Positions 46,290 to 56,240 of a stretch of 64,000 nucleotides of DNA are shown here, one piece after another. The first letter of the stretch is position 1. Every line of letters begins with the position of its first letter. Origin of the DNA: Candidatus Omnitrophota bacterium. Its GTDB lineage: Bacteria; Omnitrophota; Gorgyraeia; 1-14-0-20-64-10. Both the position numbers and the translations under genes were made by a program. The notes under the pieces are model-generated. The model saw only the letters and a program-made list of their open reading frames with translations. It was not told the DNA's origin and did not search any database. The stretch is taken from assembly GCA_016201735.1 (NCBI GenBank), contig JACQCH010000040.1, positions 18,822 to 82,821 on the forward strand, given 5' to 3'.

Positions 46290-47282
46290 ATGGGAAGGGT
46301 GAATCTGATCGATGCCCTGGCCGCCGCGGTTGGACTTCTCTTCCTTTTACCCATGGCCTATTACGGATACCGAAATCTCTCCGGATGGGATCTGGAGATC
46401 GAATCAGTCAATCCGGCGGTGATCCAGGCCGGAAAGGGGGGGGCCCTTTCCATCTTCGGAAGAAACTTTAACAAACAGTCTACCGTCCGGCTTGGAAACC
46501 ACCGACTGGCCGATCTCCTCTGCGACAAGCCAAGAAACATCCTGGCCAAAGTTCCTTCTTCTTTCCCTCCCGGACAATACCCACTGATCATCGAGAACCC
46601 ACAAGGGGGCAAGGCGGTCTTGGAGAAGGGGGTGGTGGTCGTGGGGAACCCGGTGATCCTGGAGGTCCAGCCGAAACGGTTCTTGGCAACTCAGGAAACC
46701 TTGGTGACGTTGACTGGAAAGAATTTTGATTCGGCTGGCACCGTCCGGGTAGGACCCCTCATTTTTTCGAAGGTTGAATTCCTCTCTCCGGAGCGCCTCC
46801 GGATAAAGATTCATCCGGAAGAGATCCTGCCCGGGAGATATCTTGTCTTCGTCGACGACCGTTACGGATACCGTTCCTCCGAGAAAATCCACATCGACGC
46901 GGTCGGCGGAGGGGTGGTCATTGCGGCGTTGATATGGGCAGACGAAAAACAATCCTCGCTGCTGAGATCCATCTGCGCCCAGTGGGAGAGCCGGCAGCCG
47001 GAACAGATTCGGATCGTGGATATTCTGGAGGGAGATCTTCCCACCAATCCAATTCCGGTCAAGGAACTCGGAAAGAAATCGGCTCTCATCGCGAATGTGG
47101 TTCTTCCGGATAGATTTCTGGAACTGGCTGACCCGATGACGTACCTGTACCAGGGGAAGCCCTTGGTCTATGGAGCTGACATTCTTTTACCCATGCCGGA
47201 GGTCACGCTAAAAGCAAAGGTCATCTCCAAACCGATTTCGTTAAGTTCCTATGATCGAAGAGCCTTTGAAAACTCTAACTAG
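46290..47282 (+). CDS. Membrane-anchored protein with two IPT/TIG-like Ig-fold domains
   Basis: N-terminal TM helix, then 'VNPAVIQAGKGGALSIFGRNF...VRLG' and 'VQPKRFLATQETLVTLTGKNFDSAGTVRVG', which are IPT/TIG-like. Confidence 0.4.
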   Translation: MGRVNLIDALAAAVGLLFLLPMAYYGYRNLSGWDLEIESVNPAVIQAGKGGALSIFGRNFNKQSTVRLGNHRLADLLCDKPRNILAKVPSSFPPGQYPLIIENPQGGKAVLEKGVVVVGNPVILEVQPKRFLATQETLVTLTGKNFDSAGTVRVGPLIFSKVEFLSPERLRIKIHPEEILPGRYLVFVDDRYGYRSSEKIHIDAVGGGVVIAALIWADEKQSSLLRSICAQWESRQPEQIRIVDILEGDLPTNPIPVKELGKKSALIANVVLPDRFLELADPMTYLYQGKPLVYGADILLPMPEVTLKAKVISKPISLSSYDRRAFENSN

Positions 47283-47605
47283 ACGGGATCTCCTGGCCGG
47301 CAGCCGCTTTGCCGCTTTCGTGCGGGGGCGGTTCACCCGATGGTCCAATCCCCCCCCCTGGCTCCGCCCTTTTCGAGAGGAGCTGCTTGGAGGAATCAGG
47401 CCCGCGCCGCTCAAAACCATTGGGATTGTTTTGGTGACGGCGATGCCGACCCATCTCTTGACAGCGATCCTTGCAGGCAAACCGCCCGGCGCCGTGAGAC
47501 TTGGGTTCCTAGGGCTGCTGTTTCTTCTTGGATGCTGGGGGTTGAGGGACAACCGCCCCTGGGGAAAAATCAGGGAAGGAAGCCTGCTCTTAAGGCGGCT
47601 GACGA

Positions 47606-50563
47606 ATGAGTAGAGGCCGGATCCTGTTCATTGCCACGCATCCGAAAGAGGTGGCCAGCACCCGATACCGAGTTTTGGCCTATCTCCCCGCTTTGGAGAA
47701 GGCCGGCTTTGAGGTCCAGGTGGAGCCGTTCTTCTCCTCAGAGGATTTGCAGGGGACCTATCGTCCCCAAGGACCGGATGGAAAAATGGGCAAGGTCCTG
47801 AAGGCCAGTTGGAAACGTTGGATGAAGCTGCGCCGCAGCAGCGCCGATCTGATCTTTATTCACCGGGAGCTGTTCCCCTGGGGGGTCGCCGGCGGGATGG
47901 CCCTTTTGTTTCCTCTTTTGAGAGAAAAGGGTCGCCCCCTCATTTACGATTTTGATGACGCGGTGTACCTCCCTCACCGGCAGCACCATCCGTTTCTGGG
48001 AAAACTGGAAAATCCGGCCAGCGTGAACCACCTGCTGACCGCCTGTCACCAGATCATCGCGGGAAATCTCCATCTGGCCCAGTACGCCCATCGGTGGAAC
48101 TCCCGTGTGGAGTATCTTCCCACGCCGGTGGATACCGACCGGCTTTTCCCCTCTTCCCGAATTCCAAAGACAACCCCCTGCACCATCGGCTGGATCGGCT
48201 CGCCCTTCACGGCTAAATACCTTGAGAGCCTTCTGCCGGCCCTGGATGCCTTGGCCCAGAAAAGGGCTTTCCGCTTAAAAGTTATCGGAGCGGGCAAGCC
48301 CATTCACCTGCACCATGCCCAGGTCGAAAACCGCCCTTGGAACCTGTTCACGGAAGCGGAGGAGTTTCGCAGCTGTGATATTGGAGTCTACCCCTTATGG
48401 GATGACGAATGGTCAAAAGGAAAGTGCGGTTTCAAGGCGCTCCAATTTATGGCCTCGGGCGTTCCCGTGGTGGCCTCTGCGGTTGGAATGAACGTCCAGA
48501 TCCTCCAACACGGCAAGAATGGGTTCCTCGCCAAAACCCCGGAGGATTGGCTTGCCCATCTTGCCCGGATGATCGACGACCCGTCTCTTCGACGGGAGAT
48601 GAGCCTGTCGGGGCGGCAGACGGTGGAAGAGGATTTCTCACTTCGCCGTCTGACCCCGCGATTTCTCCAGACCATTGAGAACACCTTGGATGGGAAAGCG
48701 AAGACGGCCTTCCCAGCCCTTCCTTCTGCGATGAGGGCCTCTTCGAAGCGCCATGCGATTCTCTGTTTTTCTTCGATTGACTGGGATTTCGTATGGCAGG
48801 GGCACCAGGAGATTATGAGCAGTCTGGCGGAACAGGGGCATCGTGTTCTGTTCATTGAAAACACGGGAGTGAGGAATCCCCGGTTCACGGATCTGCCTCG
48901 GATCAAACATCGGCTCCACCAATGGCGCTTCAGCCTTCAGGGGTTCCGGAGGGAGAATGAGAATCTGTACGTTTTCTCTCCCCTGGTGATTCCGTTTCCT
49001 TACTCCCGCCTGGCCCGCTGGATCAACCGATGGCTGCTGGCCTCGGCTCTCCAGCGTTGGGTGCGCTATATGGACTTCGACAAGCCGATCTGTTGGGTCT
49101 TTCTCCCGACCCCCATCACATGGGAGGTGAGCCGGGAGATCCCGTGCAAGGCCCTGATCTATTACTGCATCGACAGCTTTCCCGACAGCACCCCGGCGGC
49201 GCAGCGAATCGTCCCCAGCGAAGACCGGTTCCTCCATCAGGCGGATCTGGTGTTTGTGACTTCTCAGAAACTGTACGAGCGGGCCTCTCGGCAGAATCGC
49301 GAAGTGCATCTGTTCCCCTTCGGGGTCAATCTCGAAGTCTTCGATAGGGCTCGGAACCAACCGATGGAACCAATGGAAGAATTAAAGGATCTCCGTCGGC
49401 CGATCGTCGGGTACGTGGGAGGGGTTCACCAGTGGGTAGATCAAGAGCTGCTCGGCCGGTTGGCCCGCCGCTGCCGGAATTACTCCTTTGTCTTGGTCGG
49501 CCCTGCTCAGTCGGACACGGAACGCCTCCAGCGGGAGCCGAACATCTTTCTGCTGGGCCAAAAGCCTCACGACGAACTGCCTCGGTACTTGAAGGAATTT
49601 GATGTGGGGATCATTCCGTATCGGATCACCGAATACACTAAAAACGTCTACCCCACCAAACTCAACGAGTACCACGCCATGGGAAAGCCGGTGGTTTCCA
49701 CTCCTCTGCCGGAGGTCCTTTCCTTTAACCGGCGCTACGGGGATCTGGTTCGGATCGGATCCAATGAAGAAACGTTTCATGCCGCCATCGAGCGGGTCCT
49801 TCATGAGAACACCCCTCAACAGACCGAGCAGAGGATCCGAGCCGCTCAAGACAATTCCTGGAATTGCCGAATCGAGCAAATGCAGGCCCTTATCGAGAAG
49901 GCAATCGCTCGAAAGCAAACTCCAAGCGCGCAGGCCCCCCAGGAAAGGACCGCGGCCCGGTGGATCGTCCGTTCCTTTGCGGCGGCGGGACTCTTCGCCT
50001 TGGCCCTCTTCCACACCCCGATGGTTTGGTGGGTCGCAGAGTCCCTCACGGTGACCGCAGAGCCGCGGTCGGCCGATGCCATCGTGGTCTTTGCCGGTGG
50101 GGTCGGGGAATCCGGCGAGGTCAGCGAAGCGTATCAATACCGGGTCAAACAGGCAGTGGAGCTGTATCACCAGGGATATGCCCCAAAAATCCTCTATGTT
50201 TCCGGATACACCTGGACCTTCCGGGAGGCCGAAATCATGCGGCTTTTGACGGAGTCCCTGGAGGTGCCTTCAGAGAAGGTTTTGACGGAGACGGAAGTTA
50301 GAAACACCTATGATTATGTCCTTCATGTCAAAGAGCTCAGCCGTCGAAACCGATGGAAGACGATTCTGCTGGTCACCCCCTCCTACCATGCCCGTCGAGC
50401 CTGGCTGACCTTCGCCCGGAACGCTCCAGGCCTGACCGTGATTCCCGTCTCTGCCCGATCGAATTATTACACCCACCGGTGGGGAATCAGCCTGAGGCAG
50501 CTCAGAGGAATCCTCCAAGAATTCGTCAGCCTGGGCCTGTACAAGTGGAGGGGATGGATCTAA
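47606..50563 (+). CDS. Tri-domain protein: GT4 glycosyltransferase + second GT4-like domain + C-terminal DUF218 (YdcF/ElyC/SanA-like)
   Basis: 985 aa. First GT-B domain 'FMASGVPVVASAVGMN...'; second 'ILCFSSIDWDFVWQGHQE...PYRITEYTKNVYPTKLNEYHAMGKPVV'. C-terminus 'AIVVFAGGVG...ILYVSGYT...LLVTPSYHARRA' is DUF218. Confidence 0.6.
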   Translation: MSRGRILFIATHPKEVASTRYRVLAYLPALEKAGFEVQVEPFFSSEDLQGTYRPQGPDGKMGKVLKASWKRWMKLRRSSADLIFIHRELFPWGVAGGMALLFPLLREKGRPLIYDFDDAVYLPHRQHHPFLGKLENPASVNHLLTACHQIIAGNLHLAQYAHRWNSRVEYLPTPVDTDRLFPSSRIPKTTPCTIGWIGSPFTAKYLESLLPALDALAQKRAFRLKVIGAGKPIHLHHAQVENRPWNLFTEAEEFRSCDIGVYPLWDDEWSKGKCGFKALQFMASGVPVVASAVGMNVQILQHGKNGFLAKTPEDWLAHLARMIDDPSLRREMSLSGRQTVEEDFSLRRLTPRFLQTIENTLDGKAKTAFPALPSAMRASSKRHAILCFSSIDWDFVWQGHQEIMSSLAEQGHRVLFIENTGVRNPRFTDLPRIKHRLHQWRFSLQGFRRENENLYVFSPLVIPFPYSRLARWINRWLLASALQRWVRYMDFDKPICWVFLPTPITWEVSREIPCKALIYYCIDSFPDSTPAAQRIVPSEDRFLHQADLVFVTSQKLYERASRQNREVHLFPFGVNLEVFDRARNQPMEPMEELKDLRRPIVGYVGGVHQWVDQELLGRLARRCRNYSFVLVGPAQSDTERLQREPNIFLLGQKPHDELPRYLKEFDVGIIPYRITEYTKNVYPTKLNEYHAMGKPVVSTPLPEVLSFNRRYGDLVRIGSNEETFHAAIERVLHENTPQQTEQRIRAAQDNSWNCRIEQMQALIEKAIARKQTPSAQAPQERTAARWIVRSFAAAGLFALALFHTPMVWWVAESLTVTAEPRSADAIVVFAGGVGESGEVSEAYQYRVKQAVELYHQGYAPKILYVSGYTWTFREAEIMRLLTESLEVPSEKVLTETEVRNTYDYVLHVKELSRRNRWKTILLVTPSYHARRAWLTFARNAPGLTVIPVSARSNYYTHRWGISLRQLRGILQEFVSLGLYKWRGWI

Positions 50564-50566
50564 ACC

Positions 50567-52408
50567 ATGTGCGGGTTTGCCGGGATCATCCACTGGAACG
50601 GGGAAACGGTTTTTCCAGAGGAGCTGGGCCAAATGGCCGGGCGGATCCGGCACCGGGGCCCGGACCGATGGCAAACCGCTTTCCCTTCGAAGAACATCGG
50701 GTTGGCCCACACCCGGTTAAAAGTGATCGACCTCTCGGATGCCGCTGACCAGCCTATGGCGAACGACTCCAGAGAAATCTGGATTGTGTTCAACGGAGAG
50801 ATCTATAATTTCCGGGAGCTTCAGCGGGAACTTCGCGCAAAAGGTTTCCATTTCCGGAGCCAATCGGACACCGAGGTGTTTCTTCGGGCCTACGAAGCGT
50901 GGGGCGTGGAAGCGGTTCAGAAACTCGAGGGGATGTTCGCTGCAGCCATCTGGGATGGACGAACGCAGGAACTGTGGCTGATCCGGGACAGGGTGGGGAA
51001 GAAACCCCTGTTCTATTGGACCGACGGTCGATGCCTTGCGTTCGGGTCGGAGATCAAGGCGCTGCTGGCGCACCCGCATGTTCCGAATGAAATTCATGAA
51101 GAGATTATTTCCCATCTGTTGGCATTCGGGTACCCGCCGACCGGCCAGACCTGTTATCAGGGAATTCACCAGCTTCCCCCCGCAAGCGTCATCGGCTTGA
51201 GCCAGCGGAATCCTCTTGGAGGACCCAAGCCGTATTGGGATCTTTGTCTGAAGTCCTCTCACGCACCCGCTTCCGATAAAAAAGCGGCTATGGAACTTCG
51301 GGAGCTTCTCTCATCTGCAGTGGACCGCCGTCTTGTATCCGACGTCCCCCTGGGGGCGTTCCTCAGTGGAGGAATCGATTCAACGATCGTGGTAGGCTTG
51401 ATGTCCAAGAGGATCGCAGACCGTCCCGTGAAAACCTTCAGCATCGGTTTTTCTTCGGATCCCCGCTTCAACGAAACCCATTACGCCGAACTGGCGGCGA
51501 AACGATTTGGAACCCAGCATACAACGTTCACCGTTACACCTCAGTCGTTTGATCTGTTGGAGAAACTGGTTTGGCATTATGACCAGCCGTTCGGGGATTC
51601 CTCTGCCATCCCCATGTATCTGCTCTGCCGGTTAGCCCGTGAGCATGTCACCGTGGCCCTCTCTGGGGATGGAGGAGATGAGTCCTTCGCCGGATACGAC
51701 CGGTTCCTGGCCGCGCTCTGGGCCGATTTCCTGCCCCCCGGAGCATTGAACTGGGCCAGCCGCCTGGTGGAGATCCTGCCCACCGCGCATGAGCGCTCCT
51801 GGATGGCGCGGGCGAAACGATTCGCCGCGGTGTCCAGCCTGCCTCTGCCGGAACGGTACCTTCGTTTGTCCACCTATATCGATTATTCTTCGTCTCCCTC
51901 GATCGCACAGCTGTGGGAACGATCCAAGGGGTTGTCCCCGCTTTCCAGACTCCTCGATCTGAACTTCAAGGAATATCTCCCCAATGACTTGATGGTTAAG
52001 ACCGACCGATGCAGCATGGCTCATGGTTTGGAGGTTCGGTCACCGCTGCTGGACACTCCTTTGATCGAGTATGCGGCGGCGCTTCCCGACCGCTTCAAGG
52101 TCCGAGGGTGCCAAACCAAGGTATTATTGAAGAAGGCCTGCGCAGATCTGCTCCCACCAGAGATCCGAAATCGAAAGAAGATGGGCTTTGGCGTTCCTCT
52201 GGGAACCTGGTTTCGCCAACAGTGGCGGGAGCCACTCCAAGACACCTTGGGTTCCAGACAGGCAAGGGTGAACCGCTATTTGGAACCCTCTCGAATCCAG
52301 TCGCTCATCGACTCGCATCTGGAGGAGAAAGAGGATGCCGGCCATCGGCTGTGGCTCCTGATGACCCTTGAAGTTTGGCTGCGCCAAAGAGAAGGTTCCC
52401 AGGGATGA
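50567..52408 (+). CDS. Asparagine synthetase (glutamine-hydrolysing) family amidotransferase, second copy
   Basis: 'MCGFAGIIHWNGE' has the Cys2 nucleophile. 'SGGIDST' PP-loop. 613 aa. Confidence 0.8.
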   Translation: MCGFAGIIHWNGETVFPEELGQMAGRIRHRGPDRWQTAFPSKNIGLAHTRLKVIDLSDAADQPMANDSREIWIVFNGEIYNFRELQRELRAKGFHFRSQSDTEVFLRAYEAWGVEAVQKLEGMFAAAIWDGRTQELWLIRDRVGKKPLFYWTDGRCLAFGSEIKALLAHPHVPNEIHEEIISHLLAFGYPPTGQTCYQGIHQLPPASVIGLSQRNPLGGPKPYWDLCLKSSHAPASDKKAAMELRELLSSAVDRRLVSDVPLGAFLSGGIDSTIVVGLMSKRIADRPVKTFSIGFSSDPRFNETHYAELAAKRFGTQHTTFTVTPQSFDLLEKLVWHYDQPFGDSSAIPMYLLCRLAREHVTVALSGDGGDESFAGYDRFLAALWADFLPPGALNWASRLVEILPTAHERSWMARAKRFAAVSSLPLPERYLRLSTYIDYSSSPSIAQLWERSKGLSPLSRLLDLNFKEYLPNDLMVKTDRCSMAHGLEVRSPLLDTPLIEYAAALPDRFKVRGCQTKVLLKKACADLLPPEIRNRKKMGFGVPLGTWFRQQWREPLQDTLGSRQARVNRYLEPSRIQSLIDSHLEEKEDAGHRLWLLMTLEVWLRQREGSQG

Positions 52409-53610
52409 CCCTAGCCCTCCTGGCGCTCCTGCCGCGCCTGTGCCTCGTGGGATTCCGTTTACTGCAGGGACAGCCGCCTGATCTTTATGAGTACGATGAC
52501 CTTGCCCGGAATCTGCTGGCGGGGAAAGGATATCTTTATTTTCATTACGGAACGCCGTATCTGGGTTTTCACAGCTCTTTTCCTTACGTTTTTTTGACCG
52601 CTTTCATCTACCGACTGACCGGCTTTTCTCAAACGGCGGTCTTGATGGTTCAGTGCCTCATGGGCGCCGCCTTGGCCTTTGTGATCCGCTCACTGGGAAT
52701 TCGGATCGTTGGAAAGCAGGGAGGGGGATTCGCCGGAACCCTCACCGCCCTTCATCCAGGTCTGCTTTATTACGACACCCATAAACTGCATCCCTTAAGT
52801 TTCGACGCCTTGGCGGTGGCCTGCGCGACGCTTGCCCTCTGGCAGCTCTTCACGGCTCCTTCTCTTCGACGATTCGCTGCGGCCGGTTTTTTAAGTGGCC
52901 TGGCCCTGCTGGAGAGAGGGACTTTTATCCCCGTTATCCCGGTTTGTGTGGCCGTTCTTTTTTGGAAATCTGAAAATAAACGGGCTGTTTTCCGAGGCAC
53001 CCTGGTCTTTTTCGTGGGCTTGAGTTTCCTGACGGCTCCCTGGATCCTAAGAAACAATCGAATCTTTGGCGTCCCGGTGCTGATGACGACCATCGGCGAA
53101 CATCTCTGGCGCGGAAATAATCCGAATGCCACAGGAACTTCCTTGACACGGGAAGGGATGCCGATGATCCAGACCGCGGATCCAAGATTCCAGGAGCAGC
53201 TGAATTCACTCCATGAGATGGGGCAGATGCGGCTCTTTCTCGATGCGGGGAGGCGCTACATCGCCGAACACCCTGGGCGGTTCGTTAAAAATATCGTGAA
53301 ACGGGTCTTCTATTTTTTCTGGTTTTCCCCAACGGCCGGCGCCCTCTACCCTGCATGGGCTTTCGTCGTCTACCGAGCCTACTACGCAGCCATGCTTCTA
53401 TTTGCGGGCTGGGGGATGGCGTCCCTCCACCGACAGCAGCGGATGGGGCTGTTCCTCGTGGGAGGGGTCTGGCTCTGCGTGGGTCTTATGCAGAGCTTCT
53501 TCTACGTTGAAACCCGCCACCGGTGGGGCGTGGAAGGGCTGATGCTCATTTTTTCGGCGGCAGGAATTCTTCGTTTCTATGAGCTTGGAAAAACCTCAAC
53601 CAACCCCTGA
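52405..53610 (+). CDS. GT-C-type membrane glycosyltransferase (ArnT/PMT family 39/83-like)
   Basis: ATGA overlap. About 11 TM segments; N-terminal loop 'YEYDDLARNLLAGKGY' is a DE-like motif typical of GT-C. Confidence 0.45.
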   Translation: MTLALLALLPRLCLVGFRLLQGQPPDLYEYDDLARNLLAGKGYLYFHYGTPYLGFHSSFPYVFLTAFIYRLTGFSQTAVLMVQCLMGAALAFVIRSLGIRIVGKQGGGFAGTLTALHPGLLYYDTHKLHPLSFDALAVACATLALWQLFTAPSLRRFAAAGFLSGLALLERGTFIPVIPVCVAVLFWKSENKRAVFRGTLVFFVGLSFLTAPWILRNNRIFGVPVLMTTIGEHLWRGNNPNATGTSLTREGMPMIQTADPRFQEQLNSLHEMGQMRLFLDAGRRYIAEHPGRFVKNIVKRVFYFFWFSPTAGALYPAWAFVVYRAYYAAMLLFAGWGMASLHRQQRMGLFLVGGVWLCVGLMQSFFYVETRHRWGVEGLMLIFSAAGILRFYELGKTSTNP

Positions 53611-54313
53611 ACTTTCCGTCGTCATCCTTTGTTATCAGGAACAAGATCGGATCCCTGAACGCCTGGAACAGATCGAGGCTGAGGTTCGAGCACTGGGGAT
53701 TCCCTATGAAATCATCCTGGTGGTGAATTACTTTCCGGACCGACAGGACCGGTCTCCTCAGATTGCCCTCGAGCTGGGAAGGAAGAATCCCCGGATTAAA
53801 CCGATCGTGAAGCCAAAAGAGGGGATGATGGGCTGGGACATGCGGATGGGTTTGGAAGCCGCCCGAGGAGACCTGTTGGCCGTCTTGGATGGAGATGGCC
53901 AGATTCCTCCCAACGATATCGTAAGGGTCTACCGGGAGCTGCGCGCCCGAGATCTGGACGTTTGCCAGACGTTCCGGGCAAAACGGGAGGATGGACGGGT
54001 CCGAACACTGATCTCCCGGATTTACAATAGCCTCTTTCGCATTTTGTTTCCGGGCACTCCGGTCCACGACGTGAACGCCAAACCCAAGATCATGAAGCGA
54101 GAGGCCTATCAGCTCCTGCGGCTAAGCTCCAGAGACTGGTTCATTGATGCGGAGATTCTGATTCAGGCCCGCTGGAACCGGCTGAGGATCGGGGAGATTC
54201 CCTCGGTCTTCGGAAAAAGCCACGGGAGGGCTTCTTACATAACAGGAATCACCCTGTTGGAATTCATCAAGAACCTGATTTTGTTCCGCATCCGGGAGTT
54301 CAGCCGGCGGTGA
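53579..54313 (+). CDS. GT2 polyprenyl-phosphate sugar synthase (ArnC/GtrB/DPM1-like)
   Basis: 'LSVVILCYQEQDRIPERL', 'VNYFPDRQDRS' and 'DGDGQ'. Short (244 aa), no membrane tail, which is typical of DPM1-like enzymes. Confidence 0.6.
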   Translation: MSLEKPQPTPELSVVILCYQEQDRIPERLEQIEAEVRALGIPYEIILVVNYFPDRQDRSPQIALELGRKNPRIKPIVKPKEGMMGWDMRMGLEAARGDLLAVLDGDGQIPPNDIVRVYRELRARDLDVCQTFRAKREDGRVRTLISRIYNSLFRILFPGTPVHDVNAKPKIMKREAYQLLRLSSRDWFIDAEILIQARWNRLRIGEIPSVFGKSHGRASYITGITLLEFIKNLILFRIREFSRR

Positions 54314-55239
54314 GAACGATCCTGGTTACGGGAGGAACCGGCTTTCTGGGCCGGGCCGTGGTAAACCACCTGATGACTCACCCAGATTTTTCCCAAACGA
54401 GGATCCGCCTCCTCGTCCGGAACCGGCAAAAGGTGATCCCCCTGTGGCGCGTTGAAATCAAACAGGGAGACCTCCTGGATCCTACCGTGGTCAGGGAAGC
54501 GACCTCCGGGTGCGATTCAATCCTCCATCTGGCGGGACTGACCTATGCCGCGTCGCCACGGCAGTATCATCGGGTCAATACGGAGGGAACCCAAATCCTG
54601 ATTGAGGCGGCGCAACAGCACGGCATCCGCCGACTGCTGTTCGCCAGCACTTGGGCGATTGATCCGTCCGGCGGAGGATACTCGGCAAGCAAGCGAACCG
54701 CGGAAGCCCTTATCGCAAAGGGAATGGATGATTTCTTGATTGTCCGCCTGCCGGATCTCTACGGCGAGCCAGGAAGCAGAGGGGTCGGAGAACTGATCAC
54801 CTGGATGCAGCGCCACCGGTGGATCCCCTTGATCGGAGCAGGGGATCAGGCGCTTTCTCCTCTACACGTCGAGGATGCAGCCGTCATTCTGGTCCGGCTC
54901 TTTCAAACCGGAAGCGGCCGGCGAGTGTACGCGCTGACGGGCCCGGAACAACTCACCTTCTCTGAATTGGTGGATTCCATCGCCCATACTTTACAGACTA
55001 AACCCCGGAAGGTGTTCATCCCCTTTTTTCTCGCCCAAGCGGGGATCCAGCTTGCCGCGGTTTGTTTTCCTCGACGGTTCGGGTACGACCAGGTTTCCCG
55101 CCTGGTTTCTCCCAAACCGGATTCAAACGGAGGATTGGATATCCTGAACGACATGACCTGGACCCTTCGCCGATTTTCGGAGGAGCTGCCCAAGCTGGTT
55201 TTTAAAAGGGGACCGCGCTATAATGTCAGAATCTCATGA
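54310..55239 (+). CDS. NAD-dependent epimerase/dehydratase family protein
   Basis: GTG start (GTGA overlap). 'ILVTGGTGFLGRAVVNHL' and 'YSASK'. Confidence 0.6.
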   Translation: MRTILVTGGTGFLGRAVVNHLMTHPDFSQTRIRLLVRNRQKVIPLWRVEIKQGDLLDPTVVREATSGCDSILHLAGLTYAASPRQYHRVNTEGTQILIEAAQQHGIRRLLFASTWAIDPSGGGYSASKRTAEALIAKGMDDFLIVRLPDLYGEPGSRGVGELITWMQRHRWIPLIGAGDQALSPLHVEDAAVILVRLFQTGSGRRVYALTGPEQLTFSELVDSIAHTLQTKPRKVFIPFFLAQAGIQLAAVCFPRRFGYDQVSRLVSPKPDSNGGLDILNDMTWTLRRFSEELPKLVFKRGPRYNVRIS

Positions 55240-56228
55240 GTAAATCCCATTATCTCATCACAGGAGGAGCCGGTTTTATCGGCTCCCATCTGAGCGATCT
55301 GCTTCTCTCACAAGGCGCCCAGGTGACCGTGATTGATGACTTTTCCACAGGCCGTCTGGAGAATGTGGCGCACCTAGACGGTCACGCCAATTTCCATCTG
55401 GTCACCGGTTCCATTCTGAACGAAATCCTGATGGATAAACTGGTTGAGCGGGTGGACGGCGTCCTCCATCTGGCCGCAGCCGTAGGGGTGGACCTGATCG
55501 TCAAAAAGCCTCTCCAGTCGCTGGCAACCAACATCCGCGGAAGCGAGGTTGTTCTGGAAATGGCCTACCGCTACCGAAAGAAGGTCCTGATCACCTCCAC
55601 CTCCGAGATCTATGGAAAGAACACCAACGGCCCCTTAAAGGAAGATGAGGACCGGATCTTGGGTTCCCCGCTGAAAAGCCGATGGTCCTATTCCACGGCG
55701 AAGGCCATTGACGAAATCCTTGCTTACACCTACTGGAAGGAAAAGGGGATTCCCACCGTGATCCTTCGCCTGTTCAACACCGTGGGTCCTCGTCAAACTG
55801 GGGCTTACGGGATGGTGATCCCCCGCTTTGTCCAACAGGCCCTGCGGGGGGAACCGATGACGGTCTATGGAAACGGGAAACAGTCCCGCTGTTTTCTCCA
55901 CGTTAAGGACGCCATTCATGCGATGACCGCCTTGATGGATCTGCCGGCAGCCGCCGGGGAGGCCTTCAACATCGGAAGCCAGGAGGAGGTGACGATTGAG
56001 GGGTTGGCTCAGCGGGTCATCGAATTGACCGGATCCCATTCAAAGATCTCTTATCTGCCTTACGATGAGGCTTACGAGGAGGGTTTTGAGGACATGGCGC
56101 GCCGGCTGCCGGACACCTCGAAGGCTAAGCGCTTTGTCGGGTTTGTCCCCTCCATGAAGCTGAACGACATCCTGACCAGCGTCATTGAGTATTATAAAAA
56201 TAGAGGCGTTTATACTGTCCCCCTTTAA
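55236..56228 (+). CDS. NAD-dependent nucleotide-sugar decarboxylase/epimerase (UXS/ArnA C-terminal domain-like)
   Basis: 'YLITGGAGFIGSHL', 'TSTSEIYG' and 'RWSYSTAKAIDE'. The R-x-x-Y-x3-K arrangement is typical of UDP-GlcA decarboxylases. Confidence 0.6.
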   Translation: MSKSHYLITGGAGFIGSHLSDLLLSQGAQVTVIDDFSTGRLENVAHLDGHANFHLVTGSILNEILMDKLVERVDGVLHLAAAVGVDLIVKKPLQSLATNIRGSEVVLEMAYRYRKKVLITSTSEIYGKNTNGPLKEDEDRILGSPLKSRWSYSTAKAIDEILAYTYWKEKGIPTVILRLFNTVGPRQTGAYGMVIPRFVQQALRGEPMTVYGNGKQSRCFLHVKDAIHAMTALMDLPAAAGEAFNIGSQEEVTIEGLAQRVIELTGSHSKISYLPYDEAYEEGFEDMARRLPDTSKAKRFVGFVPSMKLNDILTSVIEYYKNRGVYTVPL

Positions 56229-56240
56229 GAGAAGGATAAA

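Noticed and set aside
47251-47613. 120-aa ORF between the IPT/TIG protein and the GT4-GT4-DUF218 gene
   Set aside because: - It overlaps both neighbours.
- No motif.
- The hydrophobic stretch could be a small membrane protein but support is weak, so it is left unannotated as a confident feature.
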